A stretch of DNA of 64,000 bases from Zygnema circumcarinatum SAG 698-1b (Eukaryota > Plantae > Zygnematophyceae), in assembly GCA_037447605.1 (NCBI GenBank), contig CM074813.1:372001-436000 (forward strand). The letters are read 5' to 3'. The position numbers and the translations under genes were made by a program. Positions within the stretch are counted from its first letter, which is position 1. The number at the start of each line of letters is the position of its first letter. The notes beneath the pieces were generated by a model. It saw only the letters and a list, made by a program, of their open reading frames with translations. It ran no database searches and was not told where the DNA came from. Of this stretch, positions 59,250-64,000 are shown piece after piece.

Positions 59250-60714
59250 ATGCAGACCGCCAGCGCGAGCCACGTGGCGGCGCGCGAGAGGCTGGCGAGG
59301 CGGAAGTCGGCGGTCCTGACGGCGGTCGCGGGGGAGGGCCTGCCGCCCGAGGCCGCCGGACCGTACGGCGGCACCGGATATGGCGGCGGAGATCGCGGGT
59401 GGTCGGCGCTGGAGGTCCTCCTAGAGGACGCCGTCGAGGGCCGCCGCGTGCTCGGAGGGCCGCTCAGGGAGGCGGCGGCAGGTGTGGAGGGGGAAGGGGA
59501 TAGGGTCTAGGGTTTTAGGGGGAAGGGAGGAAGGGGCAGGTGGGGGGGCGGGGTTAGGGTTTAGGGTTTTAGGGGGAAGGGAGGAGGGGGCAGGTGGGGG
59601 GGGGGGGGGNNNNNNNNNNGTTTAGGGTTCAAGGGGGAAGGGAGGAGGGGGCAGGTGGGGGGGGATGGGTATAGGGTTTTAGGGGGAAGGAAGGAGGGAG
59701 CAGGTGGGGGGGGGGGAAGGGTTTAGGGTTTTAAGGAGAAGGGAGGAGGGGGCAGGTGGGGGAAAGGGTTTAGGGTTTAGAGGGAAGGGAGGAGGGGGCA
59801 GGAGTTAGGGCTAGAGTTTTAGGGTTCAGGGTGTAGGGAATAAGGGGGCAGGGGGTAGAGTTTAGGGGGTAGGGGCTAGGGCTTGGGTCGTTGGGTGTAG
59901 GGTTGAGGGTGTAAAGTGTAGGGGGTAGGGTGGAGGGTTTAGGGGGTAGGGGCTATGGCTAGGGTTGTAGGGTGTAGGGTTGAGGGTGTTGAGTGTAGGA
60001 AGTATGGGGTAGGGGTTAGGGTTTAGGATTGAGGATGTAGGGCGCAGGGGGGTAGGGTGTAGGGTTGAGGGGGTAGGGGCTAAGGCTAGGGTTTCAGTGC
60101 TTTAGGGTTTAGTGTCGAGGGTGTAGGACGTAGTGGGGTAGGGGTAGGGTTTAGGGGTTAGGAATAAGGATTCAGGGTTTAGGGGGTAGTGGTAAGGTGT
60201 TAGGGTTGAAGGTCAGGGTTTAGGACGAAGGGACGAAGTGTACGGCTGAGGGTTTTGGAGTGACGGTTTCAGGGTTCAGGATGGAAAGGGCCCCCGGATG
60301 GGTCATGGTCTAAACAAAGTTTTACGTAAAAAGAAGCGATAAATTGTGCGGCAAACCTTTTCAACAATTTCCTTTTGCACATATGCTCCCATATGTCTCC
60401 CTCTCTCTCTCCCTCCCTCCCTCTCTCACTTTCCATTCTCCCCTCTGCCATTCCCTCCCTCCCATCCCTTCTTTTCCTCCCACTTCCCCTCGCTCTTTCT
60501 ATGTCTAGTTTCTCTCCCTCTCCCCTCTCTCTCCCCCCTCCCTCTCCCTCTCCCTCTCCCTCTCCCTCTCCCTCTCTCTCAGCGAGTCTGCTCATCCTGT
60601 GGGAGGCGGTGCCAGGTGTCATCCTGTCGCTGCACCGCTCCCTCTCCTCCACGTGGCTCCGCACCTTCCTCGCAGTGTGGCTCGCAGCGCTCCGTCACGT
60701 CACGCGAGTGAGAG

Positions 60715-60755
<41 letters not shown>

Positions 60756-62171
60756 CAACTCCCTCTCCCTCCACGTCTCTCTCACTGCCTTCTCACTGCT
60801 CCCGCCGCCACCTGGCACCTGCCAAACTCTTCAAAGTGAAGCAAAGTATCCTTTCAAGCAGTAGTGACCAACCCATTGCTTACTTTCTTACATTATTTAT
60901 TTATTTATTTACTTATTTATTTTCTTATTTTTTTCTACAATCGAAAATCCCCCTTTGCAGGGCAAACCGGAGCCCCCCCATATGCACACGTCAGCACGCC
61001 TCAGTGTCGCGCTCTGCATCATTCCAGCCGCCATCGCTGACGTCATCCGCCGCCACACGGGGAGGACAGATGGACCTCCCCCAGAAGACGACGCGGCAGC
61101 CATTAATAGGGCGCTGAGGTCCAGCCTGGAGCTCCTTTGTCATTTTCCCACCTTGCTCGTCCCGCCGCCACCTGTCATCGCGCGAGCCAATCACGCGGCA
61201 GCGCAATTAAGTGAAGTCGACGGAGACGGAGATTTGGAGGAGCTCTTGCCGCCCGGAACAGGGCGAGGTAACACCTTCCCCACTAAAAGACAAAAACCGA
61301 TACTGACTCAAATGATCCCTCCTCAGCATTGACAAATTCCATATATAAAAGGATGCCTCCCCCCACAAAAGACAAAATTTGCCAAAACAATACCATCCCC
61401 AGAAAAGACAATACTTCCCCCAAATGCTGCCTCCCCTAGAAAAGGCCAAAACTGGAATCAGTAAAAGTGCATGGAAAGGGAGTTCGATTAATTGCTTTAA
61501 GGGCGAAGGCGGGGGAGGGCCTGCCAGGTGGCAGCCTCAGGGACCTCCTCCTCGAGGCGTGTGTCGGTCGGGGCCTTCTAGAAGCTTCCGCTCTTGTCTT
61601 TATGCGGCCAATAGCGCTGCTGCAGCCTCCGGGAATCCCGGCGGCCAATCCCGGGCCGCCACCTGGCGCCGCGTGGACGCATCTGCTGGAGGGGGCAGGG
61701 CTCACTCCGACGCTCCGAACAGCGCTTGCTAATGATCCCGCGCAAAGGTGGTCGCTCTCTCTCTCTCTCTCTCTCCCTCCCTCTCCCCCCCTCTCTCTCG
61801 CTCCCTCTCTCTCTCCCCCTGTCTCTCGCTCTCTTCCTCTCTCTCCCCCCCTCTCTCTCTCTCTCCCTCTCTCTCCCTCTCTCTCCCCCCCCTCTCTCTC
61901 TCTCCCTCTCTCTCTCCTTTCCCCCATGCTTTCTCCACCCCCTTCTCCCCTCCCTCTCTCTCCCTCTCTTCCCCCCTTTCTCTCTCTCCCCCCCTCTCTC
62001 TCTCTCGCTCTCTCTCCTTCCCCACCCCGCTTTCTCCACCCCCTTCTCCTCTCCCTAACTCTCTCCCTCTCTCTCTGTCTGCCCCCTTCCCTCGCTTTCC
62101 CTCCCCCCGCTCTCTCCTCCGCCCTTCTCCCCTCCCCTCTCTCTCTCTCCCTCCCCCCTTTCTTCCCCATT

Positions 62172-62224
<53 letters not shown>

Positions 62225-64000
62225 AGAGGGGCAGAGGGAGGGAGTGGTCAAGTGCAGCGTGCAGCAGTTGGAGCAGGCCATTGAGATGGCGACACGTGGC
62301 ACGGAGGACATGCACTGCGGCATTGCTGCCGCCCTGTGCGGGGCCTCCCTCTCCTCGAGTTGGAATATTCAGGTTGCCCGCTATACCCCATTTGTACCCC
62401 ATCTATTCATGTTTTTCGAACGCTCCCCTTTCATCTGTTTCTCACATTCCATTGTTATATATATATATATATGTATATATTTTTTTTTTGCATGTGTATT
62501 TTTTCCGGGCAGGAGCACGTCGTCCGCTTTATATTGCGGTTTTTGTCGCCGCCTTTGGCCCCAGAGCTGCCCGAGGACGAAAAGAAAATATTTACATCTT
62601 CGGCCCTATTGAAGCAGGCGGGAATTTTGTCGACAATTCTCGGAGCGATTTCTCAGCCTCAGAACCTTCAAATTTTTTGCTTGCACGGAGCGGTCAGTAA
62701 GAAAAAAAAAAAAGAATGTCCTCCCTCCCTTTTTTGTATATTTGTTTTCCATATCCTTTTTTTTTTCGTTCCTAACCTTTGACCCTTTAACTCTTTTTTT
62801 TTTATTGTTTTTAACCTTATGAGCTCTTGACTTTTCTCGTTGACTGTGCTTGCAGATACCCGAACTCGCAACCTCAATTATGGCAATCGCAGAAGTTTTC
62901 GGTCGAATTCCAGTAAATAATAATACTAATAATAATAATGTTGAAGAAATTCCAAATGGGAAAAATGCGTTTAATTTTTCGACCCTTTTGCTTTTCCACC
63001 TTCATCACGGAAGTTTCCTTCCTCATAATTACGTTCGTCTTTTTCCCGACGAAAATTTCGAAAATTTCGGCGGCGTCAGAGCGTCAATTCCGGCTCTCCT
63101 GCGAATCCGAAACCGCCAGCTGTCGCTCGCGGCCAATCAGCGACCTGACGGGCAGGCCCCAAAACTTTTCCGGCTGCCCGACTTTCCGAACTTTCAGGCC
63201 CTTCAGTTTGCAGAGAGTTGCGGCGAGTCGGCGGAAGGCGACGATGGCCCAAAAAATAGCCCCAATTCTAGACCTAATTCGAACTTGAATTCGAGTTTTA
63301 ACGATGAAGTGGTGGAGAGATTGCTCAAATTTATGTTTCAAAAAAAGAAGTTTGAGTTAGAGGAGCGGAAAATTTCGATTTGGGAAGTTATGTTGAAAAC
63401 ACCTGATGTGGGGGAAGCAGTTTTGGCGGCTCTCTCTGCGGGGAAGCTTTCGTCACGGGAAGCAGTTGCAGGTGAAGTTAATCTCTCGCTCTCTCTCTCC
63501 CCCCTCTCTCTCTCCCACTTTCTCTATTCCCCCCGCTCTCTCTCACTCTCTCCCCCCTCTCTCTCTCCCACTTTCTCTATTCCCCCCGCTCTCTCTCACT
63601 CTCTCCCCCCTCTCTTTCTCACTCTCTCCCCCTCTCTCTCTCCCACTCTCTCTCCCTCTCTCTCTTCCCCCCTCTCTCTCACTCTCTCCCCCCTCTCTCC
63701 CTCTCTCTCCCTCTCTCTCGTCCCCCTCTCTCACTCTCTCCCTCTCTCTCCCCCTCTCTCCCTCTCTCTCCCCCTCTCTCTCTCTCTCTCTCCCTCTCTC
63801 CCACTCTCTCTCTTTCTCTCTCTCCCCCTCTCTCTCTCCCACTCTCTCCCTCTCTCTCTTCCCCCCTCTCTCTCACTCTCTCCCCCCTCTCTCCCTCTCT
63901 CTCCCTCTCTCTCGTCCCCCTCTCTCACTCTCTCCCCCTCTCTCTCCCACTCTCTCCCTCTCTCTCCCCCCTCTCTCTCTCTCCCTCTCTCCCTCTCTCT
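59250..64000 (+). CDS. MED33: Mediator subunit MED33 (REF4/RFR1, MED5)-like, 3'-partial
   Basis: Exons 59250-59481 (5' start uncertain), 60583-60707, 60961-61267, 61528-61747, ~62237-62372, 62513-62692, 62856-63471, then an intron to the window end. Motifs LLEDAVEG, TWLRTFLAVWLAALR, LCGASLSSSWNIQEHVVRF..RFLSPP, QIFCLHG.IPELA..IM.IAEVFG and AALSAGKLSSREAVAG. Confidence 0.82.
59505..60270. repeat. Telomere-like/G-tract composite array in MED33 intron 1
   Basis: A ~40-45-bp unit (tttagggttttagggggaagggaggagggggcaggtgggg) repeated ~6 times, followed by degenerate TAGGG/TTTAGGG repeats. Confidence 0.85.

Overview
Eukaryotic, intron-rich genomic DNA with a plant-type gene set (LHW-like bHLH, MED33/REF4, Deg7, Root_cap, PMP22, RAD16-like). 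It also carries several genes of types I associate with algae or bacteria rather than flowering plants. My inference is a streptophyte alga or early-diverging land plant. By hand-splicing at GT..AG sites I can support 15 protein-coding loci, in order: an Ole e 1-like/Root_cap secreted protein (+); an orphan 76-aa gene (+); a POT/PTR peptide transporter (+); a DUF427 protein with transit peptide (-); two divergent secreted His/Pro-rich paralogues (-/+); a Deg7/Nma111-like protease (+, 5' end lost at a 100-N gap); an RraA-like aldolase (+); Mpv17/PMP22 (+); an LHW-like bHLH (-); a NYN/C2H2 protein (-); two inverted MAPEG copies (+/-); a RAD16-like SNF2/RING helicase (+); and MED33 (+, runs off the window). 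Introns are packed with CT/GA, C-rich and G-rich simple repeats, so most long ORFs in the supplied track are repeat artefacts. I found no rRNA, confident tRNA, CRISPR array or intact transposon. The best leads are: (1) a highly iterated palindrome GCCA[CG][CG]TGGC found in exons in all three frames and in introns; (2) a divergent pair of secreted His/Pro-rich precursors whose modules are separated by subtilase-type RRxL/RxLx sites, sharing a G-box-dense promoter; (3) a GDPH autocleavage motif in the Root_cap protein; (4) a convergent inverted MAPEG duplication; (5) apparent reading-frame lesions in Deg7 and RAD16. All homology statements come from remembered family motifs, not from database searches.
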